NCBI GenBank assembly: GCA_964270895.1
Contig: OZ185442.1
Length of the DNA: 64,000 bases
Direction: 5' to 3' (one strand)
DNA from: Podarcis filfolensis
Taxonomy: Eukaryota
Position numbers and translations under genes: made by a program. The notes beneath the pieces were generated by a model. That model was not told where the DNA came from. It saw nothing but the letters and a program-made list of their open reading frames with translations, and did not search any database. Below, in pieces: positions 1 through 12,446 of this stretch (the stretch's first letter is position 1; the number at the start of each line of letters is the position of its first letter).

Positions 1-80
1 CTTCTTCAGAGCACACTGAAGAAGTGTGCATGCACACGAAAGCTCATACCAAGAACTAACTTAGTTGGTCTTTAAGTTGC
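1..80. mobile_element. Penelope-like tail, right arm of a second inverted duplication truncated by the window start
   Basis: Near-identical to 25781-25841; bases 1-9 CTTCTTCAG are the reverse complement of CTGAAGAAG at 16-24. Confidence 0.78.
16..50 (+). ncRNA. Minimal hammerhead ribozyme core in a Penelope-like tail (second copy)
   Basis: CTGAAGA-A-GTGTGCATGCACAC-GAAA-GC-TC-ATACC. The 5' strand of stem I is replaced by the inversion junction, so it is probably inactive in cis. Confidence 0.62.
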
Positions 81-99
81 CCTGTTGTTATCTTTTCAT

Positions 100-362
100 T
101 CAGCAGCCTAACAGCCCACGTATAGAAGCTGTTCTTTACCCTGTTGGTGCGACTAATCGTGCTTCTATATCTTCTGACCAAGGGCAGGAGATCAAGAAAG
201 TGCCGGCCAGGGTGTGAATCATCCCTGAGAATTTTCCTCACTCTCTTGAGGCAACATTCTTCCACAATGTCATCCAGTGGATTCACAGGGCAGCCCATAA
301 TATCATGTGCAGTATTCACCACCCTCTGTAGGCACTTCCTATCAGTTGATGTCAAACTAGCT
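100..362 (-). mobile_element. Rex1/Babar-type LINE 3' fragment (RT C-terminus)
   Basis: ORF 56..355 contains DRKCLQRVVNTA...DDSHPG...LLP..RRYRS...RT.R..NSFY..AVRLLN, typical of Rex1/Babar ORF ends. Confidence 0.8.
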
Positions 363-502
363 CTTTAGTAGAAAGGCCACAAAGGGGAGGGGGCCCACAG
401 CCAGCACCACAGGAATCCCAGAGATGGCACTAAAAGCGGGTTTGTTTCAGCAGGGGAGGGGGGAGGCTGGGACCCCACCGAACTCAGGCTATAGTTGAAA
501 GG

Positions 503-788
503 CTGAGGCCCAGCGCCGAGGGACTTGTGGCGGTTCCCTCGCTACGATAAGCCAAGTTACAGGGAACCAGGCAGAGAGGGCCTTCTCAGTAGTGGCACCT
601 GCCCTGCGGAACGCCCTCCCACCAGATGTCAAAGAGAAAAATAACTACCAAACTTTTAGAAGACATCTGAAGGCAGCCCTGTTTAGGGAAGCTTTTAATG
701 TTTAATAGGTTATTGTATTTTAAGTGTTCTGTTGGAAGCCGCCCAGAGTGGCTGGGGAAACCCAGCCAGATGGGCGGGGTATAAATAA

Positions 789-823
<35 letters not shown>

Positions 824-826
824 TAC

Positions 827-858
<32 letters not shown>
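503..858 (+). mobile_element. L2-clade LINE 3' end with (TTA)n tail
   Basis: Matches the 3' half of the 62797-63287 copy; terminal stem-loop GGCTGGGGAAACCCAGCC, then about 70 bp of (TTA)n. Confidence 0.85.
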
Positions 859-1604
859 GGCTCCCCTCTCAGAGGAATACGACAGCCTTACCGCTAGAAA
901 CAGCACAAAATATGTTGTTAAGTAACCAGTTGGAGGGAGGCAGCACTTTGCTTGCCATTCACAGCTGGGGGAGACACATTTGGGGGGCAGAGCACAAAAT
1001 CTAAGTGTACAGTTGAGGGAGGCTTCAGACTTCCCTGCAAAGGACCTTTTTCAGTGTTCAGGCCTCAGACCCAAAAGCTCGCTGACTTACCACCAATTCC
1101 ATAGGAAGGATCTCTCTCACTAACTTCCTCAGGAAGGATACCACCCTCTGTGGCACTCAGAGCCCGCTTCCATAACAGGGGGCCAAGGACCACCCTTCAA
1201 CCACCATGCCCAACCTTTTCAGCTTTAGCCAAGCAACTGCAGCAGCAGCAGCAGCGCCACTGTCTACCCTCTAGCACAAAAGGTGCACCATGTCATGCCC
1301 TGTTCTGCCTGCCTTCTAGAGGGAAGTACTCAAGTGACCATTTCTACCCTGGGCAACCCATAGTCCAGGGGTCCCTCGCTAGCACCTCCTGCTGGACAGA
1401 GATTATTCTGTCCATAAATACTCATCAGGCATTCTGAACGGCTCTTTGGTGCACAAGGGTGTGACACACACCCATGGCCTTCCCCGGATCAAAGCAGCCT
1501 GAGATTATAAGACCATGTTAATGAGAATTGGCTCCCCGCCCCCAGTCTTCTCCTCCCTGGAACAGAGAGCACTCTTTGGACCTCAGCCTACATCAATGTC
1601 TTAC

Positions 1605-1832
1605 CTGGGGGACATGGGCCATGTGCGGTTGGTTGGTGTAGGCGGGCTGGACGTGGGAAGGATGAATGGCAAAGACCGTCTGTTGAGCTGCAGGGAAGCT
1701 GTTCTGAGGAGACTGTGTGCTTGAGCCTGGGGTCATGGAAGGAGGAGTTGGTGCAAGACCAGTGTGGTAGATGGCTGACTGCTGCTGGGCGTTTGTCAAG
1801 TGGAGAGCCTGGGCGGCCTGGTGCTGGTGGTG
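1605..1832 (-). CDS. ATXN2: ATXN2 exon 23 (228 nt), HHQHQAAQALHL...MAHVPQ
   Basis: cttcag|CAC...CAG|gtaaga. Confidence 0.96.
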
Positions 1833-1881
1833 CTGAAGAAATCGTAAGCATAGCAATGGCTTGGCGATATTTACACTCAAA

Positions 1882-2017
1882 CAGTGCTATTTTTCTAGAA
1901 AAAGAGGTGCCGGAACTCACCATGAACGCCTCCCTTGTTCTCTTATAATGGCAATGGCGCCCACCTGAGAAGTGCCGGAACTGAGCTCCGGTGAGTTCCG
2001 GCTGAAAAAAAGCATTG
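1882..2017. mobile_element. 136-bp hAT-type MITE (TIR CAGTGCT)
   Basis: CAGTGCTATTTTT...AAAAAAAGCATTG; TSD CACTCAAA / CCCTCAAA; inverted partial copy at about 26280-26389. Confidence 0.8.
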
Positions 2018-3225
2018 CCCTCAAAAACGCTTGTTCTGCTCTCAGGCTAGGCTGGGAATGCAAAATACAGTGCTTTGCCAGGGTTCCTTCCACCCTCATG
2101 GCAAACTGGCAACAGCAAGGAAACCGGGCTGGGAAGAGGCAAATTTCCCAGCAGCAAAAAAGTTGCATAATCCAACATGCGTGACATCCATGTTCACATT
2201 CAGCATTATGGGTTGAAGAACCTCAGGTGCATGCCTCACCCTTTACAATTCACCAGGGCAGCTCAGAGGTTCTGCCACGGATTCAAGCCACGCTCAGAGG
2301 AAGGAAAGATTCAGAGGCTGGGCTCTCTTTGGTGCTGCTAAACTTATGGAAGAACATCCTGACTGAAGCCTGCTAAACGTTATCACTATTCTGTTCTCGA
2401 TGTTCCAAGCTGCTACTTCTTTTTGTGTTAAATAAACTAAAAGCAGATCATCATTTTTATGCTGCAATGGGTATTTTTCAGTGGCCAGAAGGCCCATGTA
2501 CTTTATGAATTTATAAACAATGGTTTATTCTCTCAATTCCACTGAAAGGCCAGCTCCGTCAGACTTCGTCAACCTGATAGCAGCTGTTCCAACAGGCTGC
2601 CTCAGGGGGTGAGATGGGAGGCAGAGCTCGTTTCAGTAGCTCTAGTGAAAGGCCAGCTCCATCTTGTGCTTCCTGCTGCTGAAGAGTTTCCACTCCTGCA
2701 GACCACATTGGGGCCCAAGTGTGCTTTCGCCCTCTTCCCTCCCTGTCGCTTTTTGCTTTTGTGTTGTGTGTTTCAGACTGCAAGCTTGTGAGCAAGAACC
2801 TTTTCTTTAACGGACTGTACGTAAGCTGTGCCAGAGGCCTTTTTTAATGAAGAGCAGGGTACAGATACTCTTGGATAAAGAAAGAACATTTGTATTTTAC
2901 TCATAAATACAAGTGCCGTGGGACCTTTTAAGAAATAGTTGTTTAAGAAGTGTAGCTATCTGCCTAAACTTTCTGACTTGCATTAAGCTTGCATCCATCA
3001 GGATGGCTAATCCCAGTTGCTAGCTTCTTTTCCAGTGGAAAATAGTAGCCTCCAGTGTGCAATGAACTAGTGATATGGTTCCTACCATGACAGCATGCTG
3101 GCCAGAGCAGTCAGCTCTGGTTGCACAGTCTCCAGGCAATGAATGCAGGGTCTCAAAGGCAATTGGCCCAAACAACGGCATAGCAGGAACCTGTTGCCAC
3201 ACAGATGGCCAGTCGTAGCGCTTAC

Positions 3226-3371
3226 CTGCACTGGGCTGGGAGCTGGGTGGTTTCCCCCATGTTGACTCTGCTGCTGCCCTGTGGGCGTGGCAGAAGGCTG
3301 TGGGTGCGGCGGGTGCGGATGCAGGGTGGCACTGGGATGGGCATACTGCTGAGCAAGGGAACCAGTGGAAA
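3226..3371 (-). CDS. ATXN2: ATXN2 exon 22 (146 nt), STGSLAQQYAHPS...APSPVQ
   Basis: tcctag|TT...CAG|gtaagc. Confidence 0.96.
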
Positions 3372-5609
3372 CTAGGAAGAAAAGAGGGGAAAGGAAATTG
3401 AGAACGGATGCCAAGCTGAGTCAGCACATAGGACTCCCCCAACTCTGGGCGTCTCCCTTTTAAATAGCTGCTTTCCTTTCCTTCATTTAGAAACAATACA
3501 AATGCCAGCCACCTGGGACTTGCCCTCGACTCAACATCACTTTTGCAGCTTGCAGAGCACATTCTTTAAAACCTACATGGTTGCGGGGGAAAGTTTGAGG
3601 GTGCATGAGGACTGTGTAGAAGTGAAAAGCCAGGCTCAGTGAGAGTTGAGAGGCTTTTCAATCCTCTCCTGCTGAAAATGGCCATTTGGCTCCAGGCTTC
3701 CTCTAACCTTAAGCTCTTGTCACAAAAGTCAAATTTATTTGGGTCAGGGTGGGAAAGCGCACACACGCACACGCACACACACACCTGGCTCCAGTCACAG
3801 AACTGTGTTTCATACTTCATGCAGCATTTGGGTTCCCTAGCATACAAGTCTGGCCATGGACCAGGGAGGGGAAACCTGTGGGGCCCTCCAGATGTTGCAG
3901 GACTCAACTCCCATCAGGCCCAGCCAGCATGGCTAGTAGCCAGCAACATCTGGACAGCCACAGGTTCCCCATCCTTGCCTTAAAACTCTTCATTTCCTCT
4001 TCAAACCCACAGAGAAGAAATGGGACTTGCTGGTGATCTCTTTTCAGTCCAAAATAGATTATCTTGCTGGCAGGAACTGGAGGAATTAGCTCAGGGCAGT
4101 CACATTCAGAGCTCAGAGAAGCATGTCCAAAGTTTACTGTAGACAAGATGGGGACCCAGAACCTGCACCCAAGTTTTAAAATCTGCCTTTACAGCTCCCA
4201 TAGCAGATGCAAAAGGAAGATACATCACCACCTGCCTTTCACAGGATAGATAAGCTACATAATTAGTTCCTTTGCCCCCTGCCATAAATGGGAACAGCAG
4301 GGTAAGATGGCACTTAGTTCTTTGCAAACTGCAATATGTCAGCAAGAGGAAGGAGGAAACAGAAACAAGAGCAAATGCTTTGGGATAAGGGAAGGATAAT
4401 GTGTAGAAGTTGCAAGTTGCAACTGTAATCCTAAAAGGGAGAGGGGTGGTGGATAGTCAAGGCAGTAGGAAATGAAGAAAGGCAGGGAGGGGAGGGAAAG
4501 GCCAACCAAATCAAACACCCACTTAGATGATGTTGGGAAGAGTCAGTGCTTTAAGTGTGAAAACTGCCTGAAGGTAAACATAACCACAATTAGACGGCAA
4601 AAGAGACCTTCATTTGAATTAGAGGAAGCAAATGTAAACAGATGTTACAGACAGACAGCGGGCTCCATTTTGCAAAGGAAGATCTATTAAAGGAAATTGA
4701 CTTGTTGAAAGAGTTTCAGTGCACCAAACCAATGTGGTTGCCTTACAGCCCTCTGACCAAATGGAACAGGTCAGCAGCAGATTCCTGGGACAACTCCATA
4801 CCCAAAAGACACAGAGCTCCTGATTTCTGCTGTGCCGTAAAGAGGAGCGCCCTCCTTCTCCAGCTGACAGCTCTGGCTGTGTAGGTCATTCTGTCACAAT
4901 GGATCTTTGCATTCACTCAAATACATAAAAGGGAATCAGCGCTTCGATTAAAAGATCCAGGGGCCTTTGTGACCACAACTGTCCTGCAAAATCCAACACT
5001 GAATTTCATTCAGCTCAACCTCAGGCTTTTTCGAAGTTTTCTAGCTCTTGTGGTTAAAGCAAACTTTCAGCATTCTGTCTGCAAGGGTTCATAGATGGGT
5101 TAGACCCTCCAGGGGTCACAATTCCAGCTCTTTGGGGAATGTCTTGCCCTGTAAATTCCAATCTTGCCCTTTCAGATTTCTTCTCCCATCCCCTAAAAGT
5201 CTGAATCTTCCTTTCCCAAATCTCTGACCAACCAATTCTGTACCCTTTATTGTGGACCACTGCAAAGTAGACAACCCTTCCTTCACAGGGCAGTAGACCA
5301 TGTTGGTTTCAAGGAAATGTAAGGAGGAAATAAACACGTCAACCAAGTCTCTACATAACTGGACTTATTTTTACTCTTTTCACCTAGTGCTGGCTGTCAT
5401 CTTAACTTCTCCGTTATGATAATCTTCCTCAGACAATTTCATCCTTTACATGTCTCCTGAGTCCATTGGTTTCTCAATGACAGAAAAGCTTTTCCTAATT
5501 CTGAGTAGGTTTGGTGCAAAGACATCTGTTCAACAAGCCTATTCTCCAACAGATTCTTTCAAAGTCGTTTACTGTGCAAATCAAAGTTAGTACAAAAACC
5601 CCAACTCAC

Positions 5610-5663
5610 TGGCAAAGTAGAAAGAAGGACCTGTCTCCTTGCTGTAGGGTATTTTGGGACATG
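5610..5663 (-). CDS. ATXN2: ATXN2 exon 21 (54 nt cassette), ACPKIPYSKETGPSFYFA
   Basis: attcag|CATGTCCC...TTTGCCA|gtgagt; homologous to human ACPKLPYNKETSPSFYFA; absent from the ORF track. Confidence 0.93.
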
Positions 5664-8655
5664 CTGAATTTGGGAAATAGAAAGGGAAATTAGCCGTGTG
5701 CCACAAGATGAGAGCACCACTTCCAGTCTTCTGGAAAGGTTAAGTCAATCATTGTTTTCATGCACAAACCAATTTGCAATTAAAAAAAAAAAGTTAAAGA
5801 GATATTCAATCACACATACAATCTTCAGCTGGTGTTCATCAATTTTAAAATGTCCACTATTTTAAAGTATTTTACATTCCATTAACTAACCACAGCATGA
5901 AGAATAAGGATTAAAAGTGCTTTGACTGATTTTCAATGGAGAGAAAAACACCAGTTACAATCCCAGAAAACTGGATTTCCCCAAGATGCAGAGCCCCAGT
6001 TCCCCAATTATTGCTTAGTTCAGCATACTAATTTGTTTATTTATTTTTTAGCAGAGACAGGAAACTAGATAGCTTAGAGAGAGAATAAGACACAGAAAAA
6101 TACTGGATAAAATACAAAGCAAAATCAGGATCAAGCTGGTGAATAAACATTATCTTGGTTTACCAGACTTTTGAAACAAGTCTTTCCATCTTAACAGAAG
6201 TTCGGCAATTAGCAACTGCTGACATATACACACGTTTATATGAAGGTTAATAGAATGAATTCCTATTCAGTCTCTTTGCTAGATGTAGTTTCATAGAGCA
6301 CTAGAGGTGCTACAAATCAATGCAGCGTTCCGATTACAGTTTTGCTATGTCTTTAGAGAACTGGCCAAAGGGAACAGCATACCTCCACTTAACATTTATT
6401 CAGTATTTCACATACATTCCCTCAGTAATCTCTACAACAAACCTGTGAGACAGGAGAGTACTGGCATACCTATGATTCAGACGGAGAGGGACGCTGAGAT
6501 TGAAAAGTGAACACCAATACATTTGTGCTGAAGTTTGAACCAAGGACTTTTGATGATGATGGTTTATTTATACTGCCCTTCATCTGAGGATCACAAATCG
6601 GTTTACAATAACTTCCTTTCTTTGCTACAGGTAGCTAAGTTGGTGCAAGCCAGACAAGAAAATCCAACCAGTCACTAACACTTCTGATGATTTAAGCTTC
6701 CAAGGACCACCACCTTATACTAAAAGAAAAATATCAGGAAATTTCTTAACAAAAACCACTGAGCACTAAGTATTTGGATTCATCCTGGTAAAAAAAGTGG
6801 CTGCAAGGTGACAAACTGGAAACAGTGGTCATGTTCAGACGATTGTATCTCGGTTTAATAAGCCAAGATGTGAATGAGCCTTCTGCCTCCAGCCCCATCG
6901 TTTGAAGCTGGCTTCATTCCAAAGCTGAGTATAATGTAAAGCACTGAGAGATCTTCTGTCAAGTAAGCAATATAGAAAGTTTGAAAATAAATGTGTTTCC
7001 CAGTTTGGATGAAATAGGAAACTACATTTAGCAGAAGACTTCTTGGTATGTTTGCTCATGCAAAAAGGAGAAACTGAGTGGCTGTGTGCCTGGGCTCATT
7101 CATCTCTTGGCCAATGGGCTCATGCGTCCATGAAGGCAAAAGGCCCAAACAGGTCAGTTTGCTTCCAGGTCAGCTGCAGCAAACAGGTTAGAGGGCAAGG
7201 CCGGTCAGCTGGGCCTGGGAAAGCTCACTCACAGCATCCAGTGGTCAGCAGGGGCATCTCTGTGTTAGAAATGATAACATGGCACTTCAAAGCAGCCAGC
7301 TGAAACCCCCAAGTTACTCTTGGGTGACAAATCTCAAGACCTGCCTCACACATGAAGGGGAAGAACAGGAGAACCCATTCTGGAGATTTAATAGCTACAC
7401 AGTGGCTGCCTGGAGAGTTCTACGGAGGCCTTCCCACTTTTATTAACATTTAGAGTCTGTTTATCCAGCTTACTATTGTCTACAGAGACTGGTAGATCTT
7501 GATGGTCTTAGGGTTCCCCCCCCCCTCTACTCTGCTCTGCCTGCAGATACCAGGAATGGAACCTTCTACATACAAGGCAGGTGCTTGGCCACTAAGCCAC
7601 AGTCCTTTCCTCGAAAAGGAGAACCCATAAATTCACTGCAAAGCAAGGACAACCTTGGTGTTCCTATGACTAGTTGAGTGACCTGGCTGACTAGACACAG
7701 CAGTGGAGGTTTCTCCTCAACTTTTCCCTTTCCCCCTCCAAACAAAAAGGGGCAGAAGAATTAAGCTGTGAGTCCTCCTGTGTGGTCCAGCATAACAACA
7801 CAGCCCTTTAGTGGCTGCCCCAAAGAATATTAGCATAATCTCTGAATCCCCAAAATGCCTCAGTTACCTACTCAAAAGCAGCAAAATGGGCACAATCCCA
7901 CATTGCAACATGAGCACTCTTAACGCTCAGCATCACTTAATGCCATCAGCCCACAAGGAAGTCATCCTTGGTTTACAGGAAGCCATCAGTGTGCAAAACC
8001 CACACTTGGTGATACCCCCAAGCCAGAAGGGGCCTCGTATCGGGGAGGCAAAAGACAGACACATCTCAATTCATGCTGAGGAATCAACTGAGCACTGCAG
8101 GCACATAACCTAAACACTGCCCCAGAACAGGAAATTTGCGCCCAAAACAGTGCCTGTGTGAATGGAGGCCATGCCTCAAATCCTTGGCACAAATTCTGAG
8201 CGCCAACTGAGAGCAGAGTTAGGTGCTAAGAATCCCCTACCAATACAAAATGGTTCATGTCTGCAGAATAGTAGTACATTTGAATGGACACAGCAGCACT
8301 ACAAATATTTGCTCTGCGGGACTTAATGATGCACACTAGCTCAGTCACACGTGCAAGTGGACACATACATAAGTTAATTGGTCCCCAGTGATAAATAAGA
8401 GCCCTTTAAAAGGCTGCTGGTGGCAGCATATGGAAAAATTGTGATATGCTGTTTTATAAGAGGTATCTGGGACAGAAAAGTCAGCTGTTCATGCTTTACA
8501 ATTGCATTTCATTCTCCCAATCTCTCTTTACTATACCGGTATCCAAACGGGTTTCAGTCAATTTCAAAACACAGAGCGTCCCAGTTCTCTCGGCAAGCCA
8601 CTAAAAATGAGATCCTTCAAAGTTTCAAAAGAGAACTCATTAAAAAGTGTCCTAC

Positions 8656-8788
8656 CATACATCGTGTGGGTCTGCTCGTGCGCACCGTACTGCGTAGCGG
8701 TGGAAGAAACTAAGCCGGGCTGCGGGTGTGCTGGTGGTGCCATCATCCGGGCATTGCCTTGTATTACAGGGCTATAGACGTGGGGGTG
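8656..8788 (-). CDS. ATXN2: ATXN2 exon 20 (133 nt), HPHVYSPVIQGNARMM...EQTHTMY
   Basis: atgcag|CAC...TATG|gtagga. Confidence 0.96.
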
Positions 8789-9324
8789 CTGCATTACGCA
8801 TGAGAAAGAGAACGAGTAAGTCCCTGCAGGTACTTTCACAGGTACAAAATGCCTTTCTTCAAGTTAGTCAGAGACGCCCAGTTATACTAGCAGACTTGGC
8901 TGGATTTAGAGGAAGACTCAGGATCCACCATCGTTCTCCTCTGCAGCAGCTTTCCCAGCCCCTCCTATTATGGCACACAGGCATCTTAACATTACAGCAC
9001 TAAGGTGAAATTATGCCATTAGATAACCTAAAGCTTTCACGTGCCAATAGATCTAGGCAAGACTGCAGTAAACATCCAGGTCTCTGAGTCTGTTCCATCA
9101 CTCAGCTGTCAATCCTGTCCACATGGAAGGTGGCCTGCACACACACACCCCTCAAACATGCACACAGGGCATCATGTGACAATGGCCCTGGATGTATCAC
9201 CATAGGCAGTACGTAGCTCTTTTTGAAGTGCTATGCAAGCGCTGCATCACCACTTATGCAGCGTGGCAAAATACACATTCTAATCCCACCGTTCAAGCTG
9301 CAAAGAGCTCAGCTGAAGGCATAC

Positions 9325-9509
9325 CTGAGACTGGTAATGCGGCACATGTTGAACGAGAGGTTGGTTGGAGAACTGCTGGGGGCTGTAGGCGACGTACTGC
9401 GTTGAATAAGCCGGTGGCGTAGCAACAATAGGAGCCCCGGCAGCAGAGGCAGGGTGCATCATGGTGTTTTGATGGTGCTGGTCTTGCCGCTGCTGGGGCA
9501 TATTTGATA
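9325..9509 (-). CDS. ATXN2: ATXN2 exon 19 (185 nt), VSNMPQQRQDQHHQ...HYQSQ
   Basis: ttgcag|TA...CAG|gtatgc. Confidence 0.96.
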
Positions 9510-10298
9510 CTGCAAAAGAAGGGGAAAGGGCACATTATGAAAGCACCTCCCCCTAAAATAAACCTGTGCCTACATTTCTACGTACAGCTAGGTACAATGG
9601 CAACCACAAGGAAGCCAAACGCAGATGAGGAATCAGCTGCTGGTAGGGTTCAAGAATCTCACCCCGTGAGCAGGCTTTAAGGCAACAGGAGAGAGAGGTC
9701 AGCTCAGAGTAGGCTGGGCTATCATTCAGGCAGAAAGAAGGCATCACAGAAAGACTATCCAAGCATTAGCCGATATATACTGGAACACTGCTCTGGTGCA
9801 ACAAAAATATTTTACTTTTAAAATGTTTAACTTCCTTCCTGTGGAGAGATGGGCAGAGACAACCCATACAAGGTTCACATTCCTCCCATACAGAAGAATG
9901 GCATAATTATTATTTTTTCTATGGTTAATTTTTTTCTCCCTAAGACCAACAGAGCCCATAACAAAAGTAAAATCCTGTTAAAACACAGCACTCTGATGTC
10001 AGGGAGGAGCTTTCAGAATCAGTAGCTTTGTGCCCAACTGTATGCATAAAAGTTTCCTTCAGCTAAAAGCCGAACAGAAGAAACAAGCCTCTGGCGTGGA
10101 AAGTCAGTATGTTGCTTCTGCTCATCGTTAGGTACAGGAGCTAATCAAACACTCTTTCAGTACCTTCGTATGCATGTTACTGAGGGGTAAGTTGCGCACT
10201 GTGTTCAGCAGGGTGTACTTCTAGGAAAGTGTGGATAGGATCTTTCAGCCTTAAAAGCACCCATTCAAGTATTTCGAACTAGAGCCAAGACACTAGGC

Positions 10299-10617
10299 CA
10301 GGGGTCAGCAAACTTTTTCAGCAGGGGGCCGGTCCACTGTCCCTCAGACCTTGTGGGGGGGTCAGACTATATTGGGGGGGGGTGAACAAATTCCTATGTC
10401 CCACAAATAACCCAGAGGTGCATTTCAAATAAAAGAACACATTCTACTCATGGAGAAACATCAGGCAGGCCCCACAAATAACCCAGAGATGCATTTTAAA
10501 TAAAAGGACACATTCTACTCATGTAAAAACACGCTGATTCCCGGACTGTACGTGGGCCGCATTTAGAAGGTGACTGGGCCAGATCCGCCCCCCCGGGCCT
10601 TAGTTTGCCTACCCATG
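10299..10617. mobile_element. hAT MITE
   Basis: TIR CAGGGGTCAGCAAACT / AGTTTGCCTACCCATG; 8-bp TSD CACTAGGC / CACCAGGC. Confidence 0.85.
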
Positions 10618-10687
10618 CACCAGGCCCTATGCTGCTATAAACTTTGTCTGCTCAGTGCTGCAAAATCCAAGAAACAAGAGGACACAT

Positions 10688-10781
10688 GAGGAGGAGGAGG
10701 AGGAGGAGGAGGAGGAAGAGGAAGAGGAAGAGGAAGAGGAAGAGGAAGAGGAGGAGGAGGAGGAGGAGGAGGAAGAGGAGG
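10688..10781 (+). repeat. (GAG)n/(GAAGAG)n pure-purine microsatellite
   Basis: About 94 bp of only G and A in mirror arrangement. Confidence 0.97.
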
Positions 10782-10918
10782 CTTGGTAAGGGGGTTGCAC
10801 AGAAAGGCAGGTTGCTAATTCATAAGCAAAGTAAATGTAACAGAACAATGAGCAAGGCATGTTAGTTATTCTACATGCAAGCTACGTACAAGAGCATGCA
10901 ATACTGTATTATTCTCAC

Positions 10919-10985
10919 CTTTACCTGCTCTATAGGTCTTGGCCTGGTTGACTGGCATAGGCGTCATGGGAATGGGGTACAAAGG
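10919..10985 (-). CDS. ATXN2: ATXN2 exon 18 (67 nt, or 61 nt with the upstream donor), PLYPIPMTPMPVNQAKTYRA(GK)
   Basis: tttcag|CCT...GCAG|GTAAAG|gtgaga, two donors 6 nt apart. Confidence 0.95.
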
Positions 10986-12446
10986 CTGAAAAATAACATG
11001 GCCGACAATTAGAGGAAGACACGCGTGCACACCACGCATCATATATATATTTCTCCTCTCTGGATGCAAGTCATGCGTGGTGGCCTGCTCCCCACTGGGT
11101 TCTCAGCAGATATGCACATCACACTTTTACCAACGAACATTTGATTATGGGTGCTACTGTGTGCTTATTGTCTTGTGCTGAACCTCACCAACCAACCCAA
11201 GAGGTGCCCACAAAGGATTCCTTGCAATGCTCAGAGGATCCTGGGGTGGAACTCTCCAAAGGTTAGTTTTAGGAACCAACCATGGCTATCTGCAGCAGCA
11301 GAACCAACACCTCTTGACTGTCACCATTCCTTATGGAGCCCAAACAGCATCACCGGCAGACAAGAGGGAGGTATTGGGGGAACCCAAAAGTTGCACACAC
11401 AAAAAAGCTAAGTGGAGGTGCTAACTGTTGGGGGTGGGGAAGAGGGGGAACCACCTGAGTGGGAGGATTGAACTTATCTTGAACAGGAGCACGTCACATT
11501 TGCCTTGAATGCTAATATAGCTTCCCTCAGGCTTGATTTAGATGGTTTGTAGTCAAGAGTTTTATCTACAATTTCCATGCTCCAGTGTTAACCAGAAACT
11601 ATGGTGTAACAAAACCTTGAATTGTTCCATTTCAGTGAGAGAGAGACAGGAGGAGGGAAAGCATTGGCACCATGGTCATTCTCTTTAGGCAGCTACTTTT
11701 ATATCTGAACCAGGCTTGAAAGAACATTAGCAGTGCCACGATGTACAAGCTTGGTTGAAGTCAAGAGGCAGGTGAAAATAGCTTGGGTGGGAGGGAACGG
11801 GATCAAAATACTTGTTAGAAACGTGACTAAAAATAAATGCCTTGCTTTAAAGTGATCCCCATATACCAACCACTGAAGACAAATTGGCACCACTAGAGAT
11901 AATTTTGGAACGCTGTGGCAGCCAGAAAGAGCACAATGCATTCTACTGAGATGAACTAAAAGTTCTTTGAACTCTGGTCTCTTATTAGTAAAGTGAAAAA
12001 CACACTGTTTAATCAATTAGGCTATTAGAAGATTTCATCATCATTGCAGGTCATGGACAAAATCAAGTATCAGATAAAACTGGACCCAAAGTAAAAATAA
12101 ATAAACAAACCAAGGTATGTACAGGGAATCAATATGCTTAAAATGCACATCTTATCATATACACTCATCGTTTCTGACATTTGTTGTAATAATTTTCTTG
12201 TGGCCACAGCAAATACTCTTCTCTCAGTTGTGCAGAAGGGTAAGAACAGTTGGCTAACTAAATAGTTGGCCAGTCCCTCCAACAAGGATCTCCTCTTGGG
12301 AGAGTTTACATTTCACAAATAGAGTACACAAGGACAAATGCTCTCAGTCACATGAGCTCTGCAAATACAAAGTTACTGATCTGATGGGATCTTCTTTCAA
12401 GACAATGAGTAGGCCCCTGCATACATTTCAAGGTAGCCTTCAAGCT

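Noticed and set aside
56-355. 99-aa ORF as a host gene
   Set aside because: It is the C-terminus of a Rex1/Babar reverse transcriptase fragment.
1-1604. Search for ATXN2 exons 24-25 (AHVQSGMVPSH..., VQAHHQQQL)
   Set aside because: No matching sequence found; they presumably lie left of the window, so no stop codon or 3'UTR is annotated.
3020-3562. 180-aa ORF
   Set aside because: Alternative frame over exon 22; no independent homology recognised.
5255-5300. TCTACTTTGCA match suggesting a duplicate exon 21
   Set aside because: Only an ~11-nt chance similarity; the real exon 21 is at 5610-5663.
10627-10865. Poly-Ser and poly-Arg/Lys ORFs
   Set aside because: Translations of the purine microsatellite.
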